Below, in pieces: positions 44,200-53,691 of a stretch of 64,000 nt of DNA. The position numbers and the translations under genes are program-made. Positions within the stretch are counted from its first letter, which is position 1; each line of letters starts with the position of its first letter. Location: contig CAYOHI010000002.1 of NCBI GenBank assembly GCA_964403725.1, forward strand, positions 21,644 to 85,643, written 5' to 3'. Under the pieces are notes generated by a model. That model saw only the letters and a list, made by a program, of their open reading frames with translations, did not search any database and was not told the DNA's origin. Origin of the DNA: an uncultured Candidatus Saccharibacteria bacterium (lineage in GTDB: Bacteria > Patescibacteriota > Minisyncoccia > Portnoybacterales > UBA2143).

Positions 44200-45405
44200 A
44201 TGAAAATCATTAAAGATTTAGAAAAAATAGAAAAAAGGAATAAAGATTTCTTGCATTTGACAGCTAATGAGAATGTAATTTCAAATACGGCCAGGAAATA
44301 TCTATCTTCTGAATTAGGTAATAGGTATTTTTTAGGATCAGGGAAAAAAGGAATTGTTAGGAATAAAGCTTTGGAACTGTTGGGCTTGGAAGAAGTAGAT
44401 AAATTAGTAAATAAGGCTGAAGGATCTGCCAATAAGATACTAGGAGCATCACTGACATCTTTTAATCTTTTATCAGGAATCAATGCGATGACATCTCTAA
44501 TGCTAGCGATTTCCAAGCCAAATGATGTAATCATGACCTTGAACCCTGATTTTGGGGGTCACTTCATAACCAAGTCGATAATTGAAAGAATTGGACGCAA
44601 GCAGATTGTTACCCAGCACAAAGATAATGGAGAAATAGATATTAAAAAAACAGTAGACTTGTTAAACAAAAATAAATCTAAGGTATTGTACTTAGACAGT
44701 ATGTCAGTTTTAAATAGATTTCCATTGTCTGAAATTAGATCTATGATGAAAAATGAAGGTAGGTTAATTTTTGATGCAAGTCATACTATGGGATTGATTA
44801 TGGGAGGTCAATATCAATCTCCGCTAAAAGAAGGAGCTGATATTATTGTTGGTAACTCACATAAAACATTTCCCGGACCGCACAAGGCGATAATTGCTTT
44901 TAAGAATAAGAATTATGGAAAAAGAGTTATGTCTGTGATTAACAATTGTCTGATTTCTACTGTTCAAACGAGTAATCTAATAGCCTTGGCAATAACTGTT
45001 TTAGAAATGGAAAAGTTTGGCAAATCATATGCCAAGCAAATAATGTTGAATTCCCAAAAATTGGCAAAAGAAATAGAGAGCAAAGGCTATGACCTGATTA
45101 GATCTTCTAATAACAGCTATACTTATAACCATCAGATACATATTTCATTTAAAAATATTAAGGATTCAAAAACACTAATGGATAGTTTTTATAAAAACAA
45201 TATCAGTATTAATGTCATTAAACCTGGTCAGCCAAATTCATTTATAAGATTAGGAACTCAAGAGATTACTCGAAGAGGGATGAAGGAAAAAGATATGATA
45301 AAAATCGCTGAGTTTTTTGATAAATCTATTAAAAGAGAAAATATTAAAAACGAGGTCTTGAGGTTCAATAAAAAGTTTAAAAAGATACATTATTCTTTTG
45401 ATTAA
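44200..45405 (+). CDS. SHMT-fold PLP enzyme, L-threonine transaldolase-like
   Basis: LTANEN, GGH, FDASH, SHKTFPGPHK, NHQ, IRLGTQEITR. Confidence 0.8.
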   Translation: MKIIKDLEKIEKRNKDFLHLTANENVISNTARKYLSSELGNRYFLGSGKKGIVRNKALELLGLEEVDKLVNKAEGSANKILGASLTSFNLLSGINAMTSLMLAISKPNDVIMTLNPDFGGHFITKSIIERIGRKQIVTQHKDNGEIDIKKTVDLLNKNKSKVLYLDSMSVLNRFPLSEIRSMMKNEGRLIFDASHTMGLIMGGQYQSPLKEGADIIVGNSHKTFPGPHKAIIAFKNKNYGKRVMSVINNCLISTVQTSNLIALAITVLEMEKFGKSYAKQIMLNSQKLAKEIESKGYDLIRSSNNSYTYNHQIHISFKNIKDSKTLMDSFYKNNISINVIKPGQPNSFIRLGTQEITRRGMKEKDMIKIAEFFDKSIKRENIKNEVLRFNKKFKKIHYSFD

Positions 45406-45406
45406 G

Positions 45407-46333
45407 ATGAATAAAATTAAGATTTTAACCCCGATTGATAATGTTGATGAATTTGAATTACTATCATCAGCTGGTGCTGATGAATTCTATTGCGGGGTCA
45501 TTATAAATGACAAAAAATATAACAGCGATAGAATTGGAAAACAGAAACAGGAAAATATTTCTGGGATCAGTGAATTGAAGAAATTAGTCAAAAAGATAAA
45601 AGATAATAAAAAAGATTTGTATCTAGTTTTGAACGCCCAATACTTATCTTCAAGAGATATAAATGAAGCTGGAAGAAGAATAGATGCCTTTAAGAAAATA
45701 GGAATAGATAATTATATAGTATCTAACTTGAATCTAATAGATAAGGTAAAGGATAAGGATATCAATATCATTATCAGTTCCTTTTTAGAAGCTAAAAATG
45801 TCGAAACGGTAAAATTTCTCAAGAAATTCAAGCCAAAGAGAATCATATTAGACAGGCAGATTACAGCCAGTGATTTAAAAGCCATAACATCTGAATTTCC
45901 AAGATTAGAATTTGAAACATTTATCATGGAAGCAGCATGCCGGAGCCTGGACAGTTACTGCAACCGACATATTTTCAACTATAAAAAACATACTTGTAGA
46001 GAAAATTTCAAAATAGACAACAAGAAAGGATTAACAAGGTCAGAATTGAATACGATTACTTCAAGATTAAAGATGCCGATTGTTAATTGCGGTATTTGCG
46101 CTTTATACCAATTTAGGAATTTAAATGTTGAATCGGTTAAGATAGTAGGGCGCGGCTATCCAACTAAATGGAAAGTTAAAAATGTTAAGCATGTCAGAGA
46201 TGCCTTGGGCGTATTAAATGACACTAAGAGCAAAAAAGAATATCATCAGAAATGCCTAAGTCTGTTTAAGAAAACTTATAATTTCCCTTGTAATAAAGAG
46301 TATTGCTATTACCCTCATTTTTTTAAAAATTAA
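45407..46333 (+). CDS. U32-family Fe-S protein (pair 2, subunit A)
   Basis: AGADEFYCG, YLVLN, RIILDR, ETFI, CRSLDSYC, CGICAL, VKIVGR. Confidence 0.8.
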   Translation: MNKIKILTPIDNVDEFELLSSAGADEFYCGVIINDKKYNSDRIGKQKQENISGISELKKLVKKIKDNKKDLYLVLNAQYLSSRDINEAGRRIDAFKKIGIDNYIVSNLNLIDKVKDKDINIIISSFLEAKNVETVKFLKKFKPKRIILDRQITASDLKAITSEFPRLEFETFIMEAACRSLDSYCNRHIFNYKKHTCRENFKIDNKKGLTRSELNTITSRLKMPIVNCGICALYQFRNLNVESVKIVGRGYPTKWKVKNVKHVRDALGVLNDTKSKKEYHQKCLSLFKKTYNFPCNKEYCYYPHFFKN

Positions 46334-46337
46334 GATT

Positions 46338-47051
46338 ATGGAAAATGTCTTGTTAATCAACAGAATAGAAGATATTAAATTATTAACCGATAAGTATTCT
46401 CGTGTTTATCTTGGCAACGAGTTCTGTTCTAGATTGTTGCCGACTGAATCTGAGATAAAGAAGATATTAGCTGTAGTTAAGAAAGAAAAACTAAAATTAA
46501 CTATTGTCACATCATTTGCCGGTGAAGATGAATTAAAAAAGATAAAGAAGTTTTTTAGCATAGTTAATAAGCATGAGATGTTAGATGAAGTAGTTGTAAA
46601 TGATTATGGAATCTTGAATCTTTTAATCAATAAATATCCAAAAGTTAAATTGGTTGCTGGCCGGGCTCTATCAAGATTCTATAATTTTGATAAAAAGAAT
46701 TATTTGTATGATAAGATTGGAATAAGGAGGTTTGAATTCGATAGTAATCGCATTAATGAAGATGCTTTAAAAAATATATCTTCAGTAAAATTTTCCTATT
46801 ATCATCCCTATTCTATCCTGAATACGACGCGCTATTGTTCAGTAGTAGACAAGAAAAACAAAAGTAGTAATATTGGTATTCTAAAATGCAATCAGGAATG
46901 TCAAAAAATCGGTTCTCTAAAGCTGAAAAACAAGCTTATTAGAAACAAATTAACTCTTAGAGGAAATGCAATATTTATTAATAATAAAGAAGATAAGTTA
47001 AAAGTCATAAAGAATATTAAAGCGATCGATCGTTTAGTATTTCAAAATTAA
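46338..47051 (+). CDS. U32-like partner subunit (pair 2, subunit B)
   Basis: RVYLGNEFC, VVVNDYG, GR, TTRYC, CNQEC, RGNA; paralog of 43431. Confidence 0.65.
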   Translation: MENVLLINRIEDIKLLTDKYSRVYLGNEFCSRLLPTESEIKKILAVVKKEKLKLTIVTSFAGEDELKKIKKFFSIVNKHEMLDEVVVNDYGILNLLINKYPKVKLVAGRALSRFYNFDKKNYLYDKIGIRRFEFDSNRINEDALKNISSVKFSYYHPYSILNTTRYCSVVDKKNKSSNIGILKCNQECQKIGSLKLKNKLIRNKLTLRGNAIFINNKEDKLKVIKNIKAIDRLVFQN

Positions 47052-47053
47052 TT

Positions 47054-47905
47054 ATGCCTAATATCTTAATAACAAATACTTGCAATCAGAAATGCCCATA
47101 TTGTTTCGCCCGAGATGAAATGAAGAATAAGAAAAAGCCGAATGAAATGTCTTTTGGTGATTTTAAAAAGATAATCAATCTTTTCAAGAAAGACGAAGAG
47201 CGATGCATCCGGTTAATGGGCGGAGAACCAACCCTTCATTCTAAATTTAAAGAGATTGTAGATTATTCCCTAAACGAAGGTTTTCTTGTCCAAATTTTTA
47301 CCAATGGTATTTTTAATAATGATATTTTAGAATTTCTTTTAAGCAAGAAAGATTTGATTAAATACAGTTTCAATCTTAATCATCCCAATAAATACGATAA
47401 AAAAACATGGGAATTGATCAATAGAAATATTAAAGAATTATCTGTCTTCAAGAAAGTGCTTGTTGGAGGAGTGGTGTCTGATAAGAATTTCAATATAGAC
47501 TACTTAGTAGAGATTGCAGATAAAAATAAGATAATAAATATTGCTTTGCGCCCAGATAATACTGTTGATAAGAATAAGGATATTGCAAAAACAATAATTA
47601 GAGAAATTAAAAAAGTTGATAAGAAAAAGTTTAATATTTGCTATGGTTGCGGCTTGTCAAAAGATGATTTAACGGATAATCAAATAAAGTTAATCGAAAG
47701 TCATTGTCGCCAAGAAGTGAAGTATGGATGTGATGGTAATAGCGGGCGTTTTGATATTGATGTGGATCTATCTGTCTTTCGTTGTTTCCCTTTATCAAAA
47801 TGGCATGTTAAAAAAATTGATGATTTTAATAATTTAGAAGAAATAGAAGAATACTTTAATAGTTTAATTAGGAACAATAAGGTTAATTGTGCTTTGATTG
47901 AATAA
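47054..47905 (+). CDS. radical SAM protein
   Basis: TNTCNQKCPYCFA, MGGEPTLH, FTNG, C-terminal CFP. Confidence 0.88.
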   Translation: MPNILITNTCNQKCPYCFARDEMKNKKKPNEMSFGDFKKIINLFKKDEERCIRLMGGEPTLHSKFKEIVDYSLNEGFLVQIFTNGIFNNDILEFLLSKKDLIKYSFNLNHPNKYDKKTWELINRNIKELSVFKKVLVGGVVSDKNFNIDYLVEIADKNKIINIALRPDNTVDKNKDIAKTIIREIKKVDKKKFNICYGCGLSKDDLTDNQIKLIESHCRQEVKYGCDGNSGRFDIDVDLSVFRCFPLSKWHVKKIDDFNNLEEIEEYFNSLIRNNKVNCALIE

Positions 47906-47906
47906 T

Positions 47907-48974
47907 ATGAAAATAGCTTTATTTTGCTCATCAAGAAATAGGATTCCATCAATCAAGACTGGCGGCACTGAACAGCCAATTTACTATTTGGCTAAAACTT
48001 TAGCTGAGCGTAAGCATGATGTCACGGTTTTTGCCGCTAAAGGATCAAGAATACCAAAAGTAAAAGTAAAGGAGATATCGCCTTTCGTGACTTTTGCTAA
48101 GCAAAAATTCTTAAATCTCCAAGAAAGGATTTCCAGCTTTTACGACTTGTCTGCCTTGGCTGATTTTTTCCACAATGAAGCTGATAAATATGATATCATT
48201 CAATTCAACAGCTATATATTCTATGAAATATTACCCTTTCTTAAATTAACTGAAAAGCCAGTAATAATTAGGATTAACTATCCTCATAATCTGATTTATC
48301 CATATATTAAAGATGAGTTGTTAAAGTATAAAAATGTTCATTACCTGCCAATATCTAAATTTATAAAATCAGCTATGCCAGACTTGAATTATTTGAATCC
48401 GATTTATCCAGGAATAGATATTAATGATTTTAAATACTCTGCAAAACACAAAGACTATTTACTATTCATAGGACGAGTTTGTCATAATAAAGGTGCTCAT
48501 CTGGCAATTGAAGTCGCTAGGAAAACTAATAATAAATTAATAATTGCTGGAAGGATTGATCAGGAAGACGGAGATAAATATTATAAAGAAGAAGTAGAGC
48601 CATATTTAAATGATAAAATACAATATATAGGAGAAGTGGATTTTAAAACTAAAGTAAAATTATACCGAGGAGCAATAACTACTTTATTCCCAATTCTCTG
48701 GGATGAGCCCTTTGGCAATGTTCCAATTGAATCCATGGCTTGTGGTACGCCAGTAATAGCGTTTGATAGAGCTGCCATGAAAGAATCAGTCAAAGATAAG
48801 CTTAGTGGGTTTTTAGTTAAAAATATCAGCCAAATGATTAAAAAGGTTAGTGAAATAGAGAAAATAGATAGAGAAAAAACAAGGAAGTGGGCAATTGATA
48901 ATTTTTCTAATGAAATAATAACTGATAAATATATTAAATCATACAAAAAGTTAAATGATAAAAAAACCGATTAA
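47907..48974 (+). CDS. glycosyltransferase family 4
   Basis: GGTEQ, HDVTVFA, GR..KG, EPFGNVPIESMACGTPV. Confidence 0.92.
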   Translation: MKIALFCSSRNRIPSIKTGGTEQPIYYLAKTLAERKHDVTVFAAKGSRIPKVKVKEISPFVTFAKQKFLNLQERISSFYDLSALADFFHNEADKYDIIQFNSYIFYEILPFLKLTEKPVIIRINYPHNLIYPYIKDELLKYKNVHYLPISKFIKSAMPDLNYLNPIYPGIDINDFKYSAKHKDYLLFIGRVCHNKGAHLAIEVARKTNNKLIIAGRIDQEDGDKYYKEEVEPYLNDKIQYIGEVDFKTKVKLYRGAITTLFPILWDEPFGNVPIESMACGTPVIAFDRAAMKESVKDKLSGFLVKNISQMIKKVSEIEKIDREKTRKWAIDNFSNEIITDKYIKSYKKLNDKKTD

Positions 48975-49809
48975 ATCCTTGCATTGGAGTGTAAACCGGA
49001 CTTGTAATTATAATTGCACCTACTGCGTGTCAGGCAACAGAAAGAGAAGTTTTTCTCCACATCCTAAGCTTTTCTTAAGTGAATTGGAAAAGCATCTTAA
49101 AGGAAGTTGGTTGATTCTTTTTACTGGTTCAGGTGAACCGTTCTTGACTCCAGATTTTCTTTCTATCGTAAACAAGCTTGTTAAGATGGGCCATAAAATT
49201 GGGGTAATAACTAATTTTTCATCATCATTAGACGACTTGGTAAAATTTTGCAAAATCACTAAAGGAAATTTACATGAGTTTGGCGCCAGCCTGCATCTTG
49301 AGAAAGTTGATGTGAATGAATTCATTGAAAAAGCTAAGGTCATTAATGATTTAACTGATGGTCTTCTAATAGTCAGGTCGGTAGCCGTTAAAGACAAAGT
49401 AAAAGAAATCTATAATATTGGTGAAAGATTTAAAAAAGAAGGTATAAAGTTTAGCTTGCAATTACAAAGAGTTCATGATCGAAAGTTAGGTGATAAAGAC
49501 AATCCCTATGTTAATTACAATAAGGAAGAAAAAAATATATTAAAGAGTTTAGGAAAGTTTCATTATAATAAGGATAATCTTAGATTTAAAGGCAAAAGGT
49601 GCTGGGCCGGTATCAAATATTTATCAATTAGCGAGGATGGTGAGGTTTGGAAGTGTCTTCCAGCAAGACGCTATAAGTTAAGCCAGGAAGATTATTTAGG
49701 CAATGTACTGGATAAAAGTTTTAAATTAAAAAAAGAACCTGACGTTTGTAGATACAATTATTGTTACTGTTTAGACGCATATATGAATAACATTGTCATT
49801 AACGATTAA
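48955..49809 (+). CDS. radical SAM protein with twitch-like C-terminal domain
   Basis: CNYNCTYC, GSGEP, SLH, CWAG, VWKC, C.Y..C.C. Confidence 0.85.
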   Translation: MIKKPIKSLHWSVNRTCNYNCTYCVSGNRKRSFSPHPKLFLSELEKHLKGSWLILFTGSGEPFLTPDFLSIVNKLVKMGHKIGVITNFSSSLDDLVKFCKITKGNLHEFGASLHLEKVDVNEFIEKAKVINDLTDGLLIVRSVAVKDKVKEIYNIGERFKKEGIKFSLQLQRVHDRKLGDKDNPYVNYNKEEKNILKSLGKFHYNKDNLRFKGKRCWAGIKYLSISEDGEVWKCLPARRYKLSQEDYLGNVLDKSFKLKKEPDVCRYNYCYCLDAYMNNIVIND

Positions 49810-49815
49810 TTGCAT

Positions 49816-50706
49816 ATGAATAAGATAGAAAATCACAAAAGAAAAAACAGGAGAAAACCGGTTAAATCTGTTAATTGGAATATCTCTGGAATTTGCAACT
49901 ACGATTGTAGTTATTGTGTCAGTAAGCCGGGTTTAAACAAGAAGATTTCTTATCCAGATCCATATGGATTTTTAGATATGTTTTCAAAAAAGTTAAAAGG
50001 AAGCTGGCGTTTTCATTTGGCTGGAAGCGGAGAACCTCTTTTGGTGCCTAATTTTTCAAAGATAGTTAGCGAACTAACAAAAATGGGACATGGAATTTAT
50101 ATCTCTACTAATTTTTCTTTGCCTTTAGAAAAACTTTTAGAAATTTGCAATGTTGCCAATAGGGATAATTTGTGGCTTTCTGTAAGTTTGCATCTTGAAT
50201 TTGCTGATGTTGATGATTTTTTTAAAAAAGCAATTGAAGTTAGAAAGAATATCGGGTATAGATTTTCAGCTACCTCAGTGGCTAGGAAAGATCAAGTATC
50301 AAAACTTAAAGAAATAGGTAATCGTTTTAGAAAAGAAAAAATTAGATTCATAATGCGACCAGAAAGGACTGTCAATAATACGGCTCAGCCATTTGTTGAT
50401 TATAGTAAAAAAGAATTGGATATCATTAGTAAATTCAACAAGAAAAAAGTTTTTTTTGATGAAAGTATTTCCAATTTAAAAGGTAAGCTGTGTCTGGCTG
50501 GAAGTAAATATTTCATAATTTCTGAAAAAGGTGATGTTTGGCGATGTTTTCCAGCAGCTAGACACAAAGATAAAAATGGTTATCTGGGCAACCTATTGAA
50601 GGGTGATTTTGAATTAAAGAAAGATCCTTCTGTTTGTCCTTATGAAAATTGCTATTGTCGATTGCCTATTACTAATAATTTGATTGTAGATGATATAGAT
50701 TTATGA
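49816..50706 (+). CDS. radical SAM protein with twitch-like domain (tandem paralog of 48955)
   Basis: CNYDCSYC, GSGEP, SLHLE, CLAG, VWRC, C.Y..C.C. Confidence 0.85.
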   Translation: MNKIENHKRKNRRKPVKSVNWNISGICNYDCSYCVSKPGLNKKISYPDPYGFLDMFSKKLKGSWRFHLAGSGEPLLVPNFSKIVSELTKMGHGIYISTNFSLPLEKLLEICNVANRDNLWLSVSLHLEFADVDDFFKKAIEVRKNIGYRFSATSVARKDQVSKLKEIGNRFRKEKIRFIMRPERTVNNTAQPFVDYSKKELDIISKFNKKKVFFDESISNLKGKLCLAGSKYFIISEKGDVWRCFPAARHKDKNGYLGNLLKGDFELKKDPSVCPYENCYCRLPITNNLIVDDIDL

Positions 50707-51629
50707 ATGGAAAAACTAGAAAATACTTTAATACTTTAATAATTGAGCCGACTAATAGGTGTAATTTAATGTGTCCTATTTGTCCTACGGGTAGTAACAT
50801 TAATGAAAAATTAAAGGGAGACATGACTTTTCAACAATTCAAAAATATTATTAATTCAACTAAGCATTTTTTGAAATTTGTTAATTTATGGGGTTATGGC
50901 GAACCATTTTTAGCGCCGGATATAATGAAGATGATAAATTATACTGGAGAGAACGATATAAAAGTCAACGTTCATACTAATGGCAATGTTTTAAATAAAA
51001 AAACAATGGATCAGTTTAAGGAAAACCATAAGGTGGCAATTTCTTTTTCTGTAGATGGCCTTACTCGAGAATCATATAGTTATTACAGAAGAGGTGGTAA
51101 TCTTAAAAAAGTGCTAGATAATTTATCTTATTTAGTTAATTTAAAGAGGAAGCATAATTTATGCAATTTAGAGATTACTTGGCAGTTTCTAATAAATAAA
51201 GGGAATGAACATGAAGCGGAAAATGCCAGTGAATTTGCCAGGAAAATAGGAGTTGACTATTTCAAACAAAAAACAATTAACGTTAATGAGAAACATCCTG
51301 ATTACAATGATTTCATACCCAGAAGTAGTAAATACAAGAGAAAGAAAGAAACAATTATTAGTACTAAATCATGTATTTTTATTGATCCAGGAATGCCTAA
51401 TGTCTTTTGGGATGGTGATGTTTTGCCTTGTTGTAGATATTATAAAAAAAATAATTACATGGGCAATGTATTTAAAAAAGATTTAATAAAAATTTGGGAT
51501 AGTAAGGTATATAGAAAATTTAGAGATGATCATAAAAAAGGGACAAATAAATTATGCAACAGAAACTGTGGGTTTAGTAAAAAATCAGTAATCTATATTA
51601 ATGAAAAGAATTTTACTTTACGCAGCTAA
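50703..51629 (+). CDS. radical SAM/SPASM(twitch) protein, BtrN-like
   Basis: IEPTNRCNLMCPIC, WGYGEP, SVDG, NEHE, DGDVLPCC, MGNV. Confidence 0.85.
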   Translation: MNGKTRKYFNTLIIEPTNRCNLMCPICPTGSNINEKLKGDMTFQQFKNIINSTKHFLKFVNLWGYGEPFLAPDIMKMINYTGENDIKVNVHTNGNVLNKKTMDQFKENHKVAISFSVDGLTRESYSYYRRGGNLKKVLDNLSYLVNLKRKHNLCNLEITWQFLINKGNEHEAENASEFARKIGVDYFKQKTINVNEKHPDYNDFIPRSSKYKRKKETIISTKSCIFIDPGMPNVFWDGDVLPCCRYYKKNNYMGNVFKKDLIKIWDSKVYRKFRDDHKKGTNKLCNRNCGFSKKSVIYINEKNFTLRS

Positions 51630-53691
51630 TGGAGTTGGACTGGGTCATTTAAAGAGGGTTAGTTTGGTTGCAGAAAATTTTAAATCAGAAAAGATCGAGA
51701 TAATATTGGCAACTTCATCAAAAAAGCCTAATGCTTTTGGTAAATTCTATAACCACCTTATTAAATTACATCCAATTTCAAACAAAATAATAAAAAGTAG
51801 TTCAGAGAATTTAGATAAAAGACAGAAAAACAAAGAGATTCTTTTGAAATCTTTTAAGAAATTTAAACCAGACTTAGTAATAGCTGATTTTCTCCTGAAT
51901 TCTTGGGAATTTACTTTTCATCCTCTAAGAAGTGCTTTAGATAAGTTTAAAACTAGAGCTGTTTTTGTTTGGCGATTCAAAGATTTTAAGAATTTAGATG
52001 ATGACTTAGATAATAAGGAAGTCAGGAATAAATTAAGGTATTTTGATAAAATTGTAATCTCTCATGACGAAGATGAAATGAAATATCTCTTATCTTCAAA
52101 AGCCCTAAAGAAGATAAAAGATATTCCAAATGCTGAAATTTGCGGACCGATTATTCAAGATTTAGATAAGGATAAAATAAAAAAGACACGCTCAAGGCAC
52201 AAGATATCCAGTGAGGATTTCTTGATAACAGTTACTCTAGGAGCCGGAGGCGTACTAAAAGAAGGTAGTTGTGAGTCGGCTAAAAAAATTGTTGATAATT
52301 TTTTAGCCATTCATAATAGATTAATTAAAAATACCCCAAATCTAAAAGCAATAATCGTTACTGGTCCATATTTTAAAAATACAGAAAAGAAGAAATTTCC
52401 AAAATTAAAATTTGTTAAATTTGAAAAGAATCTACCAGAATTATTATCCCTATCTAATCTAGTTATTTCTGCTGCCGGGTATAATACTTGCAATGAGATT
52501 ATACAAGCAAAAACCCCAGCCATTTTGATTCCGTTATTAAGAGGCAGTAATGAGCAATTTGAAAGAGCCAAGTATCTAAGGAAAAAAGGAATAGCTCTGG
52601 TTCCTAGGAATAATTCTTCAGATGAACTTTTTAATTCAATAATGGATTCCAAAGCGAAAAAGAGGAAATCTTTCAATTTGAAACCAGGAAACAAGAAAGC
52701 AGCTGAAATAGCCTTAAATTTATTAAATGAAAACAATAGGGATTTAAAAGATAATCCATACTTGCCTGATGATAAGGATTTTTTTGATACTGATAAAGCA
52801 AAAATTAAGATAAATTTCAAAAAGAATAAATCCAAACCGAAATTCAGTATTGTTATTCCGACATATAATAAGAAAGAAAGCTTGGAATTCGTTCTGAAAA
52901 GTTTTTTTAATCAAGGTTATCCAAAATCAAAATATGAAATAATAGTCATAGATGACGGTAGTAATGATAATACTTTGGAAATGATAAAAAAACTCAAACC
53001 GACCTGTAATTTCAAATATATCTATTGGCCAAGAAAAAATATAAAAGTCAAAAAGGAGCACAGAAGATTCGCTAAATTCTATAACCGAGCCGGATTAGCC
53101 AGAAATATTGGCATTAAGTATTCAAAAGGAAATATCATTTTATTCAACGACTCAGATATTTTGACAGATAAGGATTGTTTAAAGAAACACAAGAAATATC
53201 ATAGCAAATATTCAAACATAGTAGTTCGTGGATATAGGATGCTTTTGCCAAAGGAATTCAATATTAAAAAAAATAATGATTTAACATTGATTAAGAAAAG
53301 CTCTGTCCAAGAGAAACCTAAAGATGAAACCAAGCTTCATTGTCGAATGTATGACTTATCAAAAGAAGGATGGCAAAGAATTGTTACTTGTAATTTATCA
53401 ATAAAGAAAAAGTATCTTGAAGAAGTAAATGGTTTTAGTAAGGATTTTGTTTTTTGGGGATTTGAAGATGTTGATTTGGGTTATAGATTAAAGAAATTAG
53501 ATTTAAAATTCATTTGGGATGAAAAGATAAAGGTATATCATATCTGGCATCCAAGAGAAGCGGGGAAAAAGAAAAAGGACTTGGAAGCTTTTAAAATAGG
53601 TGCTAATATTCTTTATAACAAGCATAAAGACTGGGAAATAATTAATATTTTTACAGACGTCATAAAACGACGTTTTGGTAAGTTATTATGA
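51601..53691 (+). CDS. fused glycosyltransferase: GT-B (GT28/GT1-like) + GT2
   Basis: GVGLGHLKR, GAGG, SAAGYNT..E, EQFERA; then SIVIPTYN, IDDGS, ARNIG, DSD, WGFEDVDL. Confidence 0.88.
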   Translation: MKRILLYAANGVGLGHLKRVSLVAENFKSEKIEIILATSSKKPNAFGKFYNHLIKLHPISNKIIKSSSENLDKRQKNKEILLKSFKKFKPDLVIADFLLNSWEFTFHPLRSALDKFKTRAVFVWRFKDFKNLDDDLDNKEVRNKLRYFDKIVISHDEDEMKYLLSSKALKKIKDIPNAEICGPIIQDLDKDKIKKTRSRHKISSEDFLITVTLGAGGVLKEGSCESAKKIVDNFLAIHNRLIKNTPNLKAIIVTGPYFKNTEKKKFPKLKFVKFEKNLPELLSLSNLVISAAGYNTCNEIIQAKTPAILIPLLRGSNEQFERAKYLRKKGIALVPRNNSSDELFNSIMDSKAKKRKSFNLKPGNKKAAEIALNLLNENNRDLKDNPYLPDDKDFFDTDKAKIKINFKKNKSKPKFSIVIPTYNKKESLEFVLKSFFNQGYPKSKYEIIVIDDGSNDNTLEMIKKLKPTCNFKYIYWPRKNIKVKKEHRRFAKFYNRAGLARNIGIKYSKGNIILFNDSDILTDKDCLKKHKKYHSKYSNIVVRGYRMLLPKEFNIKKNNDLTLIKKSSVQEKPKDETKLHCRMYDLSKEGWQRIVTCNLSIKKKYLEEVNGFSKDFVFWGFEDVDLGYRLKKLDLKFIWDEKIKVYHIWHPREAGKKKKDLEAFKIGANILYNKHKDWEIINIFTDVIKRRFGKLL

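Noticed and set aside
42577-46333. U32 proteins as the leader peptidases (collagenase annotation)
   Set aside because: Characterised U32 members are Fe-S hydroxylation factors; Cys clusters are present and an A24 peptidase is the better protease candidate.
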